Virus record (IMG/VR): IMGVR_UViG_2687453619_000001
Span: 11,484 to 75,483 of that record
Direction: 5' to 3' (one strand)
Length of the DNA stretch: 64,000 bases
From: a virus
Lineage: Duplodnaviria; Caudoviricetes
Part shown: in pieces, positions 44,223-55,306 of the stretch
Layout: every line of letters starts with the position of its first letter
How positions within the stretch are numbered: the first letter of the stretch is position 1
The notes under the pieces: generated by a model
What the model saw: the letters and a program-made list of their open reading frames with translations, nothing else
Database searches by the model: none
Told to the model about the DNA's origin: nothing
Program-made: the position numbers and the translations under genes

Positions 44223-45109
44223 GCGCAGCTATCGACCTGTCGCAACTGCCGGCGCCCAATGTCATCGAGCCGTTAGATTTTGAGATGATCCTGGCTCAGA
44301 ACCTGGCCGACCTGGAAGCACAAGGCGTCAATCTGAACGAACTCACGGAATCCGACCCCGCCATCAAGGTGATCCAGCTTAACGCCTATCGTGAATTGAA
44401 ATTGCGCCAGCGCATCAACGAAGCCGCCCGCGCCCTGATGCTGGCCTATGCAATGAAATCGGACCTAGACCAGATCGGCGCGAACATGGACGTGCCGCGC
44501 TTGCAGATCTGGCCGGCAGATCCCGACAAGGGGATTGCTGCCGTCATGGAAGCGGATGACGACTACCGCCGCCGTATCCAGTTGGCGCCGCAAGGCATGT
44601 CCGTGGCAGGACCGGAAGGCGCCTATGTGTTCCATGCCCTGAGCGCGGACGGACGCGTGCGCAACGCGACGGCCACCAGCCCATCGCCCGGTCACGTGGT
44701 AGTAGCGATCTTGTCGCACGAAGGCGACGGCACGCCTTCCCAGGAGCTGCTGGACATAGTCGCCACCCGTATGGCGGACGATGGCGTACGGCCCTTGACT
44801 GATTACGTCACAGTCGTTGCCGCGCAAATTGTCCGCTACCAGGTACACGCCAAGCTGTACAGCTTCTCTGGCCCTGATCCGACCGTTGTGCTGATTGAGG
44901 CGAACAAGCGCATGCAGAAGTATGCGAAGGAAGCGCACCAGCTGGGGCGCGTGCCGACCCATTCCGGCATCGACGCGGCGGTACACGTTGCCGGCGTCGA
45001 GCGCGTCATCCTGGTTTCGCCGACCGCAGATCCAGAAATATCGAAGCTGGTGGCGTATTACTGCGACGACATACAGATCGAGTACGGCGGCATTTGGGGC
45101 AAGGTATGA
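44219..45109 (+). CDS. J: Baseplate J protein
   Basis: Near-identical to 1458-2348. Confidence 0.95.
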   Translation: MSAAIDLSQLPAPNVIEPLDFEMILAQNLADLEAQGVNLNELTESDPAIKVIQLNAYRELKLRQRINEAARALMLAYAMKSDLDQIGANMDVPRLQIWPADPDKGIAAVMEADDDYRRRIQLAPQGMSVAGPEGAYVFHALSADGRVRNATATSPSPGHVVVAILSHEGDGTPSQELLDIVATRMADDGVRPLTDYVTVVAAQIVRYQVHAKLYSFSGPDPTVVLIEANKRMQKYAKEAHQLGRVPTHSGIDAAVHVAGVERVILVSPTADPEISKLVAYYCDDIQIEYGGIWGKV

Positions 45110-45666
45110 CCAAGAGAAAAATAAAATCCCTGTTGCCGCCCAATTCCACGCCGCTGGAGCGAGCGCTGGAAGCGGCCACGGCCCGGACCTCCGATGTGCC
45201 GGTCCCACTGCGCACCTTGCACAACCCGGACACTATCGATATCGATCTGCTGCCCTGGTTAGCCTGGCACTGGTCGGTCGATAGCTGGAAATCCTACTGG
45301 ACGGAAGAGGTGCGGCGCGCCCGCGTGCGCAACGCCATGAAGATCCACCGCCAGAAGGGAACGGCCAAAGCAGTCAAGGACGTGGTGGCCGCCTTTGGCG
45401 GGTCCATCCTGCTGCGCGAGTGGTGGCAAAAAACGCCGATGGGTGAGCCGTACACCTTCGACCTGGTCATGACGCTATCCGGCGCCGGCGGCCAGTCGGC
45501 CACGGCTGAATTTGTGGACGACGTGATCGCCGAGGTGAACCGTACCAAGTCCATCAGAAGCCATTTTACGTTTACCCAGGGTATCGAGACGCAAGCCGCG
45601 ATTGCGGTGGTGGCGACTGCCCGGCCTGTGATCTATGCCCGTTTAAATCTGACTGAAGCAAAGTAA
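45106..45666 (+). CDS. I: Tail protein gpI
   Basis: Near-identical to 2345-2902. Confidence 0.95.
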   Translation: MTKRKIKSLLPPNSTPLERALEAATARTSDVPVPLRTLHNPDTIDIDLLPWLAWHWSVDSWKSYWTEEVRRARVRNAMKIHRQKGTAKAVKDVVAAFGGSILLREWWQKTPMGEPYTFDLVMTLSGAGGQSATAEFVDDVIAEVNRTKSIRSHFTFTQGIETQAAIAVVATARPVIYARLNLTEAK

Positions 45667-45671
45667 AACCT

Positions 45672-47780
45672 ATGCCTGGACTCCAAATCATCATCACCAA
45701 TGCTGGCCGCGCCGCCTTAGTCAATGCCGAGCACAACGGCACGGCGCCGCTCAAGATTACCGAAATCGGTATCACTGCCGCTGTCTTCACGGCAGGTAAA
45801 GAGACGACCGCCTTGCCGGATGAAATCAAGCGCTTGTCAACCATTTCCGGCGAAGTCGTGGCGCCCGATACGCTCCACGTCACCATCCGCGACGATGGCG
45901 CCGACACCTATACGGTGCGCGGCATTGGCTATTGGCTCTCCAATGGCGTCTTGCTGGGTGTCTACAGCCAGCCCGAACCGATCTTGCAAAAGTCCACGCA
46001 GTCGATGCTGCTGCTGGCCGCTGATGTGGTTTTTACCGATATCAAAGCCACCTCGCTGACCTTCGGCGATGCCAATTTCACGAACCCGCCGGCGACTGTC
46101 GAGCGCCAGGGCGTGGTCGAGCTGGCGACCCCAACTGAGACCGTCGCTGGCACAGACGGCACCCGCGCCGTCACGCCGGAAGGGCTGACGCCGGCCTTGG
46201 CGCAGGCCATCGCCAAACACCTGGTCGCAGTTGATCCGCATCAGCAATACCTGACCTCAGAACGCGGCAACACGTTGTATTTCCATAAGCTACCAGCCGT
46301 TACCGATAGTGATACCCATTGCGATACCTTACTGGACACCGGCGTGCGCGATGTGTCGGTCGCCAATGATCGCGGCGTCATTGCCGCCACCGGCCTACCT
46401 ATGGGCGCCGATGGCTATGGCACCCTGACCACCGAGAACGGCGGCCAGTTCGTGCACCAGGTCTATACCGAAGGCACCACCGCACGCAGAACCTGGCAGC
46501 GCACCGGCTACCTGGGCGCACCGCTGCCATTCATTGGGCGCGACTGGAAGTTGCTCTGGGATTCCGTGACGTTCGACCCCGCTTCCAAACAAGACAAGCT
46601 GCCCTTTACACCGGTCCAGCAAGGCACCGGCATCGGGCAGAAATCCAATGTCGTAAAAATTGGCTGGTCGGGCGGAAACCTGAAAGTCACCGTCGACGAT
46701 ACCGACATGGGCGCCGTGATATTCCAGGCGAATCTGGAAGCAGCGCTTAAAAATTATCTACCGCTGACTGGCGGCAGTGTTACTGGCCTCTTGCAAGTTT
46801 CCGGGTCCACTGGCGCCATTGGCAGCCTCGGCCCCGGCCGGCCATGCATCGAGGTGGCGTCAAGCGGCAAGTCCGATGATGCTTACATGACCTTTCACAA
46901 GCCAGGTGCGTACGCAACACACCTCGGGCTAGACGCCAATAATGACCTATCCGTTGGCGGCTACTCAATGGGCGCGGTTTCCTACAAGCTGTGGCACGCC
47001 GGTAATTTCGATCCAGCGGCCAAGCAAAACAAACTTGGCTATACGCCCGTCCAGGAAGGCACCGGCGTCGGTCAGCTCCCTAACCGGGTAAAAATTGGCT
47101 GGGCAGCCGGCGATGGCCTGAAGGCCACCGTCGACGCCACCGACCAGGGCTATTTTGTATTTGCTAATCAGACTTTGCGCATGCGCTGGGTGGGGCAATC
47201 TGGTCAGCCGCCGTGGTTGTTGGGTGGTAGTAGCGCGGGCGATATATGCGTCTACAACCCGTCTGAATTCAGCGTCAAATATGCCACCGATAGCGCACGT
47301 TCGCAGAATTCCGAAAACATCAGCAACGGCAACAGCTATATGCGGCTCCAGTGGTCTGATCCCGGCGGCCAGACCCTTTACGTATGGGGTAGCGACGGGC
47401 CGACCACAGCGCGCCTGTCGGTCGTCGGTAATCTCAGCGTCGGTAATGCGCGTACCTGGAGCGGCTTCCCGTTGCGCTTTGCAGAAAATCCCGGCGCCCA
47501 GCCCTATTACGTGCTGGGTATCGAGGCCGGTCACAGCGAGTTTTCTATCTACAACCGAACATCGATGGCGGTCGGCTCCTGCGTCTCAGCAATGTATGCA
47601 AACCAGCTGTCTGGCGCAGGACTGCAAAGCCAAGGTATCGGCGGTTACATCATGAACAAGAACTACACCTCTCCCGAGGTCGCCGGCGCCTGGGAGTTGC
47701 GCGGCTATGCCTACGACTTCGGGTCGGGCGGCGACGGTGGTGTCGGTTCACGAGCAGCTTTATGGCAAAGGGTGGGGTAA
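45672..47780 (+). CDS. H: Tail fibre protein
   Basis: 702 aa, colinear with 2907-5015. Confidence 0.9.
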   Translation: MPGLQIIITNAGRAALVNAEHNGTAPLKITEIGITAAVFTAGKETTALPDEIKRLSTISGEVVAPDTLHVTIRDDGADTYTVRGIGYWLSNGVLLGVYSQPEPILQKSTQSMLLLAADVVFTDIKATSLTFGDANFTNPPATVERQGVVELATPTETVAGTDGTRAVTPEGLTPALAQAIAKHLVAVDPHQQYLTSERGNTLYFHKLPAVTDSDTHCDTLLDTGVRDVSVANDRGVIAATGLPMGADGYGTLTTENGGQFVHQVYTEGTTARRTWQRTGYLGAPLPFIGRDWKLLWDSVTFDPASKQDKLPFTPVQQGTGIGQKSNVVKIGWSGGNLKVTVDDTDMGAVIFQANLEAALKNYLPLTGGSVTGLLQVSGSTGAIGSLGPGRPCIEVASSGKSDDAYMTFHKPGAYATHLGLDANNDLSVGGYSMGAVSYKLWHAGNFDPAAKQNKLGYTPVQEGTGVGQLPNRVKIGWAAGDGLKATVDATDQGYFVFANQTLRMRWVGQSGQPPWLLGGSSAGDICVYNPSEFSVKYATDSARSQNSENISNGNSYMRLQWSDPGGQTLYVWGSDGPTTARLSVVGNLSVGNARTWSGFPLRFAENPGAQPYYVLGIEAGHSEFSIYNRTSMAVGSCVSAMYANQLSGAGLQSQGIGGYIMNKNYTSPEVAGAWELRGYAYDFGSGGDGGVGSRAALWQRVG

Positions 47781-48379
47781 TGGCAAAAGTAAAAACAAAA
47801 CAAGCAATCGAGCAAGTGACCGCAATTCCAGCAGCAGCACCAGGAGACATTGTCCAGGAGCTGCCGCCTATCGCAGAGCAAGCACCGCTTCCGCCGGCGC
47901 GGCCTCTTATGTTTCCGGAATTGCAGCCTGCGGAGCCGCCAAAGCCGGCCGACCCGTTCGCTTATTCCGACATCAAGGACATTGTCCGGGTGGCGGCGGG
48001 CTATCAGTGCGCAGTGAAATTTCTTCATCGTGACGACTATCTTGCCTACCTGGCCTGTCCGGATGATGTGGAAGCGCATGGCCGCGCCATCCATGCGGAA
48101 TGCGAAGCCCGCGCAGCAGACGGCGTACCAGACTACTTTCCGAGCGACGACGAGTTCCTGACCGTGGCGCAAGAACGCATGTCCGGCGAACTGCGCCGCG
48201 CCAATAGCGAAGTGACCAAGTATCAGGACCGCGTCGACGTGGACGACGCCAGCGACGCCGATATCGGCTTGCTGCTGGCCTGGAAGAAATACCGCGTTGC
48301 CTTGAACCGCATCCCGGACCAGGCCGGCTATCCGCACGTCATTACCTGGCCGGTTACACCGGACCCAGCCACCGTTTAA
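47780..48379 (+). CDS. Tail fibre assembly chaperone
   Basis: WKKYRVALNR..WP motif. Confidence 0.85.
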   Translation: MAKVKTKQAIEQVTAIPAAAPGDIVQELPPIAEQAPLPPARPLMFPELQPAEPPKPADPFAYSDIKDIVRVAAGYQCAVKFLHRDDYLAYLACPDDVEAHGRAIHAECEARAADGVPDYFPSDDEFLTVAQERMSGELRRANSEVTKYQDRVDVDDASDADIGLLLAWKKYRVALNRIPDQAGYPHVITWPVTPDPATV

Positions 48380-48406
48380 TTATTTACCTCATTCACAGGA
48401 GAAGAT

Positions 48407-49579
48407 ATGCCTACTGATTACCACCATGGCGTGCGCGTCATCGAAAAGAACGACGGCACCCGCCCGATCCGCACCATCAGCACCGCCGTCATCGGCCTGG
48501 TCGCCACCGCCGAAGATGCCGACCCGGCTGTTTTCCCGCTCGATACGCCGGTCCTGCTGACCAACGTTCTTGCCGCCATAGGTAAGGCCGGCACCAAGGG
48601 GACGCTGCGGCGCGCCCTGGACGCCATCGGCCTGCAGACTAAACCGTTTACGGTGGTGGTGCGTGTCGCCGAAGGCAAGGACGAAGCCGAAACCACCTCT
48701 AATGTGATCGGCACCACAACCGCGGCCGGCAAGTACACCGGCGTCAAGGCGCTGCTGGCGGCGCAGGCCAAGCTGGGCGTCAAGCCGCGCATCCTGGGCG
48801 CGCCAGGGCTGGATACCAAGGCCGTGACGAACGCCCTGGTCGCCGTTGCCCAGAAGCTGCGCGCTTTTACCTATGCGGCCGCGCATGGCTGTTTGACCAA
48901 GGAAGACGCCGTGTTGTACCGGAAAGACTTCGGCCAGCGCGAACTGATGCTGATCTGGCCCGATTTCGTGAGCTGGGATACCGCCACCAATGCGGACGCC
49001 AATATTTCCGCAGTGGCTTACGCTCTGGGCCTGCGCGCCAAGATTGACGAGGAGGTAGGCTGGCACAAGTCCCTCTCCAATATTGTCGTCAACGGGCCGA
49101 CCGGTATCTCTGCGGACGTGTTCTGGGATCTGCAGGATCCTGCCACCGATGCCGGCTTCCTGAACAGCAAGGAAGTCACCACCCTGATTAACAGCGGCGG
49201 CTTCCGCTTCTGGGGTTCGCGCACTTGCGAAATGCCGGAATTCTTCTATTTTGAGAACTACACCCGTACCGCCCAGGTGCTGGCCGACACCATTGCAGAA
49301 GCGCATATGACCTATGCCGACAAGCCCTTGCATCCGTCCTTGGCAAAAGACCTGGTCGAGAGCATCAACGCCAAATTCCGCGACCTGATCAAGCAAGGCT
49401 ATCTGATCGGCGGCAGCGCCTGGTGCGACGAACAGTTCAACAGCAAAGAGAATTTGAAGGATGGCCGGTTGACGATCGATTACGACTACACGCCGGTTCC
49501 GCCTCTGGAAAACCTGATGTTCCAGCAGCGCATCACCGACCGCTACCTGGCCGACTTCGCCGCCGCCGTCAACGCCTAA
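48407..49579 (+). CDS. FI: Tail sheath protein FI
   Basis: Near-identical to 5639-6811. Confidence 0.97.
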   Translation: MPTDYHHGVRVIEKNDGTRPIRTISTAVIGLVATAEDADPAVFPLDTPVLLTNVLAAIGKAGTKGTLRRALDAIGLQTKPFTVVVRVAEGKDEAETTSNVIGTTTAAGKYTGVKALLAAQAKLGVKPRILGAPGLDTKAVTNALVAVAQKLRAFTYAAAHGCLTKEDAVLYRKDFGQRELMLIWPDFVSWDTATNADANISAVAYALGLRAKIDEEVGWHKSLSNIVVNGPTGISADVFWDLQDPATDAGFLNSKEVTTLINSGGFRFWGSRTCEMPEFFYFENYTRTAQVLADTIAEAHMTYADKPLHPSLAKDLVESINAKFRDLIKQGYLIGGSAWCDEQFNSKENLKDGRLTIDYDYTPVPPLENLMFQQRITDRYLADFAAAVNA

Positions 49580-49606
49580 CCAATTACAGAAAGGGAGCAT
49601 CACACC

Positions 49607-50116
49607 ATGGGTATGCCAAAGAAACTCAAGGCTTTTAACTTGTTCGACAACGGCAATTCCTATCACGGCGAGGTGGAGGAAATCACCTTGCCGAAACTCT
49701 CCCGCAAGATGGAGGAGTACCGCGCCGGCGGCATGACCGGTCCGATTTCGGTGGATTTCGGTAATGAAGCCATCACCCTGGAATGGACCGCCGGCGGCAT
49801 CATCCTAGAAGCCCTGCTGCAGTACGGCGCCCGCAGCCACAATGCCACCCAGCTGCGCTTCGCCGGCGCCTATGAAAACGAAGATGACGGCACCGTGTCC
49901 GCCGTGGAAATCGTCGTGCGCGGCCGCCACAAGGAAATCGACATGGGCAACGCCAAGGCCGCCGAAGACACCAAGCAGAAATATACGACCGCCTGCAGCT
50001 ACTACAAGCTAACCATCGATAACCGAGTCATTTACGAGTTCGACTTCATCAATGGCGTTGAAAAAATCGGCGGCGAGGATCGTAACGCCTCTATTCGCCG
50101 CGCCATCGGCCTGTAA
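49607..50116 (+). CDS. FII: Tail tube protein FII
   Basis: Near-identical to 6839-7348. Confidence 0.97.
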   Translation: MGMPKKLKAFNLFDNGNSYHGEVEEITLPKLSRKMEEYRAGGMTGPISVDFGNEAITLEWTAGGIILEALLQYGARSHNATQLRFAGAYENEDDGTVSAVEIVVRGRHKEIDMGNAKAAEDTKQKYTTACSYYKLTIDNRVIYEFDFINGVEKIGGEDRNASIRRAIGL

Positions 50117-50182
50117 GCCAGGTCAAGAACAACCCCAACCCCTTTTTATTTTTTACTTATAAAACCTTTACTTCAATCTCTT

Positions 50183-50533
50183 ATGAAAAACGCCACCATG
50201 AATACGCAAGAAAATATCGCCTCCGACATCACCGCTTCCGGCGTGTATAAAACCGTCACCCTGGAAGAGCCGCTGACCCGTGGCGACACCCTGATCACCA
50301 GCGTCCAGATCCGCAAGCCCGTGGCGGGAGAGCTGCGCGGCGTCTCGCTGATGGATCTGGGTAATCTGGATGTCGTTTCCCTGCAGCGCGTCCTGCCGCG
50401 CATCACTGTGCCGACCTTGGCGCCGCATGACGTGGCGAAGCTGGATCTCGCGGACCTGATGGCGCTGGGTTCCGAGGTGGCCGTTTTTTTGCTGAAGAAA
50501 GCAGATCGTCCGGTGGTCTACCCGAATTCGTAG
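50183..50533 (+). CDS. E: Tail assembly chaperone gpE
   Basis: Near-identical to 7474-7824; slippery TTTTTTTG at 50484-50491. Confidence 0.92.
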   Translation: MKNATMNTQENIASDITASGVYKTVTLEEPLTRGDTLITSVQIRKPVAGELRGVSLMDLGNLDVVSLQRVLPRITVPTLAPHDVAKLDLADLMALGSEVAVFLLKKADRPVVYPNS

Positions 50534-50541
50534 AAGATGCG

Positions 50542-50658
50542 ATGGCCGATATTGCGACGGTGTTTCACTGGCCGCCGCAGGCCATGGAGGAACTAGGTAT
50601 TACGGACTTGATGGCCTGGCGCGAACGCGCCAGGGTGCGCAGTGGTGCGGAAGAATAG
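50542..50658 (+). CDS. gpE' extension
   Basis: MADIATVFHWPP in the -1 frame of E. Confidence 0.88.
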   Translation: MADIATVFHWPPQAMEELGITDLMAWRERARVRSGAEE

Positions 50659-50670
50659 AGAGTCAAAAGG

Positions 50671-53403
50671 ATGAATGACAAGCAACTGCGGTTACAGGTG
50701 GTCTTTGCGGCGCTGGACAAGCTGACCGCGCCGTTAAAGAAGATCATGGGCGAATCGAACGCCCTGGGCAAAGCCATCAAGGCCAATAGTGACCGATTGA
50801 AGGAATTGAACGCCCAGCAGCGGGATGTTGGGCGGTTCCGCGAATTGAGCGCCGGCGTGCAAGCCAGTTCGGGCAAATTGCGCGAGCTGCAGCAGCACAT
50901 CGGCGGCCTGGCCCAAAAGATGCGAGAGACGGCGCAGCCCACGCGCGCCATGACACGGGAATTTGACGCAGCAGTGAAATCTGCCGGCGCGCTCAAGCGT
51001 GCAGGCCTGCAGCAGAGTGAACAATTGCAGGTTCTGCGTGACCGCCTATCCGGCGCCGGCATTGGCACCGACCGGCTATCGAAATATGAGCGCAACTTGC
51101 GGAGCGATATTGCTGGCGCGAATGTCCAGCTGGCCGAGCAGCAGAAGCGGTTAGCGGCGATTGCCGGCCATCAGCAGAAAGTCGTCGCAGCGGGTCAGTA
51201 TGCCGGCAAGCTGCGCACGACTGCCGGCAATGTCGCCACTGCCGGCGTCGGTGCGACCGTCGCCGGCGGTGCTGTCGGTGCGCCGCTGGTGGCTGGTCTG
51301 CAGGAGGCGAAGCAGTACCAGCAAGAGGTATCCCAATTTCGCAGTCTTGGCATTGGCGATGCAAAATTAAAAGAGGCCATTAATTTTTCTAAAAAAATGA
51401 ATATCAAGGGAAGCAGTGAACAAGACAATTTGAAAATGCTCAAGGAGGCCTATTCCATTACCCGCGATATGCATCATGCAGAAGAGATCACCCCGTTGCT
51501 GGCAAAAATGAAATTCGGCATTGAATCCGTGATGATGAAGGGCGGGCATGGTGGCGGACACGGAGAGATGGCCGAAAACATGTTCATCGATTTGATCAAA
51601 ACGGCCGAACTGCGCGGATCCTTGAAGGACATGGAGTCCTTTAAAAATGCCGTCAATATGGCGACGCAGACTTACGTTGCCTCTGGTGGATTGGTCAAAC
51701 CGGAGGAATTGCTCAATACGATTAAAACAGGTGGCATTGCAGCAAAACAGCTAAATGACAAGAGTTTCTACTTTGGCTTGCTGCATTCGATACAGGAAAC
51801 TGGTGGATTTCGCTCTGGTACTGGGTTAATGAGCGCCTATACCAACTGGGCGCAAGGCCGGACGACGCAGCAATCGGCCGAAGAACTGGTCGGCCTTGGG
51901 ATCATGAAAAAAGAATCGGTCCTATACGGGAAGGCAGGCCACGTCAAAAAAATCATGCCCAATGCCATGAAGCAAGCGGAGAAATACAAGACGGATCCAT
52001 TCGCATTTTTGTTGGAAGACATTGTTCCAAAAATTCAGGCAGAGGGAAAACACACCGATAGCGAAATAGTGAGTCGCATCGGGGAATTATTCTCGTCACG
52101 CAAGGGCGGGGACTTGTTCGCTTCGATGTACCTGGAGCGCGAAAATATCAAGAAGCACATGGGCGCCGCGCCAAATGCATTCAATGTCGAGAAACTTTAT
52201 AACGAAGCGGGCAACAACGTTACAGGTCAAGAAAACGACGCCACCGCAAAACTGGCTAACTTGAAGCTGGCAATGGGCGAGAAGATCCTGCCGTTGTATT
52301 CCAGCGCCATCGAGATCGTGACCAAAGCGCTGGAAGGTTTAAATGGTTTCATGGACCGTAACCCGGTCACGGCCAAGGCGATGATTGTGGGCTTCGGCGT
52401 ACTTGCCGGCATCCTGGTGGTGCTGGGGCCGCTGATGCTGGGCCTGGCTGCCTTAATCGGTCCCTATGCGATGTTGCACATGCTGTTCGCCAAGATGGGC
52501 ATTGCCGGTGGTGTGCTGACACCGATCCTGCGCGGCATCGGATCGGCCTTCCTCTGGCTGGGCCGCATGCTCCTGTTCGTCGGTCGGGCCTTCCTCATGA
52601 ATCCGATAGGGCTGGCAGTGACCGCTATTGCCTTGGCTGCTTACCTGATCTATCAGTATTGGGAACCGATCAAGGGATTTTTTACGACCCTATGGCATGG
52701 CGTGGGCAACGTCTTTAACCGTGCCTGGGAAGCTATCAAAGGATTCGCCGGCGGCTTGTGGGCGGACGTGCAGCAGGCGTTCGCCGGCGGTATCGGCGGC
52801 GTCAATACCCTGCTGTTGAACTGGTCCCCGCTCGGCTTGTTCTACCAGGTGTTCGCCGGCGTGTTGAGCTGGTTTGGCATCGAGCTGCCGGCCAAGTTTA
52901 GCGATTTCGGTCTGAACATCATGCAGGGGCTGGCTAATGGGATCACCGGCGCGCTGGGGTTCGTCAAATCGGCAATATCTGGCGTCAGCGACAGCGTCGT
53001 CGGCTGGTTCAAGGAAAAACTGGGCATTCATAGCCCTAGCCGGGTATTCGCAGAGCTGGGTGATTTCACCATGCAAGGGCTGGCGGTCGGGTTACAGCGT
53101 AGCCAGGACAGTCCGCTTGACCAGGTCGGCGGCCTTGCTAAACGGTTGACCCAGCTCGGCGCCGGCATCGCCATCGGCGCGACAGCCATGCCGGCGCTGT
53201 CCTTCGACACGCGACCGCCGATGGCGCCGCGTGCCGCCGGCGCCGGCACGGTGATTCAGGGCGACACGATCACGATCTCCATTACCGCTGCGCCAGGTAT
53301 GGATGAGCAGGCTATTGCCCGCGCCGTGATGCTTGCGATGGAGCAGCGAGACAGACAGAAAGCGGCACGGCGGCGCTCCAGCCTGTCCGACTACGATAAC
53401 TGA
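50671..53403 (+). CDS. T: Tail tape measure protein
   Basis: 910 aa, colinear with 7962-10694. Confidence 0.95.
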   Translation: MNDKQLRLQVVFAALDKLTAPLKKIMGESNALGKAIKANSDRLKELNAQQRDVGRFRELSAGVQASSGKLRELQQHIGGLAQKMRETAQPTRAMTREFDAAVKSAGALKRAGLQQSEQLQVLRDRLSGAGIGTDRLSKYERNLRSDIAGANVQLAEQQKRLAAIAGHQQKVVAAGQYAGKLRTTAGNVATAGVGATVAGGAVGAPLVAGLQEAKQYQQEVSQFRSLGIGDAKLKEAINFSKKMNIKGSSEQDNLKMLKEAYSITRDMHHAEEITPLLAKMKFGIESVMMKGGHGGGHGEMAENMFIDLIKTAELRGSLKDMESFKNAVNMATQTYVASGGLVKPEELLNTIKTGGIAAKQLNDKSFYFGLLHSIQETGGFRSGTGLMSAYTNWAQGRTTQQSAEELVGLGIMKKESVLYGKAGHVKKIMPNAMKQAEKYKTDPFAFLLEDIVPKIQAEGKHTDSEIVSRIGELFSSRKGGDLFASMYLERENIKKHMGAAPNAFNVEKLYNEAGNNVTGQENDATAKLANLKLAMGEKILPLYSSAIEIVTKALEGLNGFMDRNPVTAKAMIVGFGVLAGILVVLGPLMLGLAALIGPYAMLHMLFAKMGIAGGVLTPILRGIGSAFLWLGRMLLFVGRAFLMNPIGLAVTAIALAAYLIYQYWEPIKGFFTTLWHGVGNVFNRAWEAIKGFAGGLWADVQQAFAGGIGGVNTLLLNWSPLGLFYQVFAGVLSWFGIELPAKFSDFGLNIMQGLANGITGALGFVKSAISGVSDSVVGWFKEKLGIHSPSRVFAELGDFTMQGLAVGLQRSQDSPLDQVGGLAKRLTQLGAGIAIGATAMPALSFDTRPPMAPRAAGAGTVIQGDTITISITAAPGMDEQAIARAVMLAMEQRDRQKAARRRSSLSDYDN

Positions 53404-53416
53404 AGGGAATAATACG

Positions 53417-53944
53417 ATGATGATGGCCCTGGGCATGTTTGTCTTCAGCCTGCCGACCCTGGCCTACCAGGAGCTGCAGCGCAAAACCGACTGGAAGCAC
53501 CCGAGTACGTCGCGGGTCGGCGCCCGCAATGCCCGCCAGTTCACCGGCAAGGGTGACGACACGATCACGCTGTCCGGCTGGATCGCACCGGAACTGACCG
53601 GCAGCGTGTATTCGCTGGATGCCTTGCGCCTGATGGGCGATACCGGTAAATCGTGGATCCTGATTGCCGGCACCGGGCGGATCCTAGGATCCTACGTCAT
53701 CACCGGCATGACGGAAGGCCGCACGGTGCTGGCGCAGGATGGCGACGCCGGCAAGATCGAGTTCTCGATCACCCTGGAGCGTACCGACGAATCGGTATTG
53801 GGCTTGCTCAATACCCTGGGCGACCTTGGCAGCATCAAAAACATGCTCAGTCTGGAGGGCATCAGCAACAGCGCCAGCAACGCCATGAATGCCGGCCTGT
53901 CAACGTTTGACAATGTCGCGGGCAGCGTGGGGAGCTTGTTCTGA
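53417..53944 (+). CDS. U: Tail protein gpU
   Basis: Near-identical to 10708-11235. Confidence 0.93.
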   Translation: MMMALGMFVFSLPTLAYQELQRKTDWKHPSTSRVGARNARQFTGKGDDTITLSGWIAPELTGSVYSLDALRLMGDTGKSWILIAGTGRILGSYVITGMTEGRTVLAQDGDAGKIEFSITLERTDESVLGLLNTLGDLGSIKNMLSLEGISNSASNAMNAGLSTFDNVAGSVGSLF

Positions 53945-55209
53945 TGGACTACCCGACTCCTGCTTTCAAAATCACACTGGACGGCCAGGACATTACCGCT
54001 AAGTTTGCGCCTCGCCTGGTCAGTCTCGACCTGACCGAATGCCGTAGCGACAGCGCCGACGAACTGAGTATCACCCTATCCGATACAGACGGCCAGCTTG
54101 CGATACCAAGCAAGGGCGCCAGGATCAACGTACAGATCGGCTGGAAGGAATCCGGCCTGGTCGACAAGGGCGTATTTACCGTCGATGAGATCGAGCATAG
54201 CGGCGCGCCGGATCTGCTGACCCTGCGCGCCAGGACGGCCAGCCTGATCGATACCTTCCGCCAGCCGGTGGATCGCAGCTTCCACGATACGACCTTGGGC
54301 GCAGTGATCGAGGTGATTGCGTTTCAGCAGGAGCTGAAAGCTGGCATTGCCGAGGCGCTGCGAGGTGTCAAGATCGCGCATCTGGACCAGACCAGGGAGA
54401 GCGACGCGGCATTCCTGCGTCGGCTTGGGAAAAAATACGATGCTGCCGCGACCGTCAAGAACGACACGCTGCTGTTCATGCCCGCGGGCCGCAGCAAGAC
54501 CGCGTCGGGCCGCGACTTGCCTATGATGCGCATCACGCGCAATCTGGGCGACCGGCACCGCTACCACAGTGCCGAGCGCGACAGCTATAGTGGCGTGCGC
54601 GTGTTCTGGCATGACGACCGGCACGGCATGCGTCGAAGTGTTGTGGCCGGCGCACCAGGTAACAGCAAGCGGTTGCGCACGACCTATGCCAATGAAGCCG
54701 ACGCCCGCACGGCGGCCGTCGCCGAATGGCAGCGGATCCAGCGCGGCGCCGCTACCCTGGAGCTATCGCTGGCGCTCGGCAATCCCGCGTTGATGCCGCA
54801 ATCCCCGGTGACGGTCGCAGGCTTCAAAACTGAGATTGATCACCAGGATTGGTTGACGGCCAAGGTTACGCACAGCATCAGTGACACTGGTTTTACCAGC
54901 GGCGTCGAGCTGGAAACGCGCTCCGAGGAAGCCGAAGCCGAACGGGAGGATCAAGTCGATCCAGATCCGGGTATTACCGGCGTGTTCGCGAAGTGGCGCG
55001 ATGTTGCAACGAAGAAGAGCGGCCAAGAATTTTCGCCGTCGAGCGGCAAGGGCAAACATGCGGCGCCGGCGGCTGGCGCAACGGTCAACACAAAAACGCT
55101 GCAGCACGTCTACGCCAATAAGCAAACCGCCGTACGCGCCGCAAAACTTGAATGGGAGAAAATTCAGGAGCGGCGCGAGATCATCAAGGAAAATCGTGAT
55201 GTTCATTAA
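53944..55209 (+). CDS. D: Baseplate hub / late control protein gpD
   Basis: Homologous to 11235-12461, divergent C-terminus. Confidence 0.95.
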   Translation: MDYPTPAFKITLDGQDITAKFAPRLVSLDLTECRSDSADELSITLSDTDGQLAIPSKGARINVQIGWKESGLVDKGVFTVDEIEHSGAPDLLTLRARTASLIDTFRQPVDRSFHDTTLGAVIEVIAFQQELKAGIAEALRGVKIAHLDQTRESDAAFLRRLGKKYDAAATVKNDTLLFMPAGRSKTASGRDLPMMRITRNLGDRHRYHSAERDSYSGVRVFWHDDRHGMRRSVVAGAPGNSKRLRTTYANEADARTAAVAEWQRIQRGAATLELSLALGNPALMPQSPVTVAGFKTEIDHQDWLTAKVTHSISDTGFTSGVELETRSEEAEAEREDQVDPDPGITGVFAKWRDVATKKSGQEFSPSSGKGKHAAPAAGATVNTKTLQHVYANKQTAVRAAKLEWEKIQERREIIKENRDVH

Positions 55210-55306
55210 ATACAATAGTGACGGTTTCTATGCGTTTTCTGCTCACCTTGTCGCAAGTGGCGAATGAGTATATGTGCAATGTACTAGATGCTGAGGAATC
55301 ACCAAA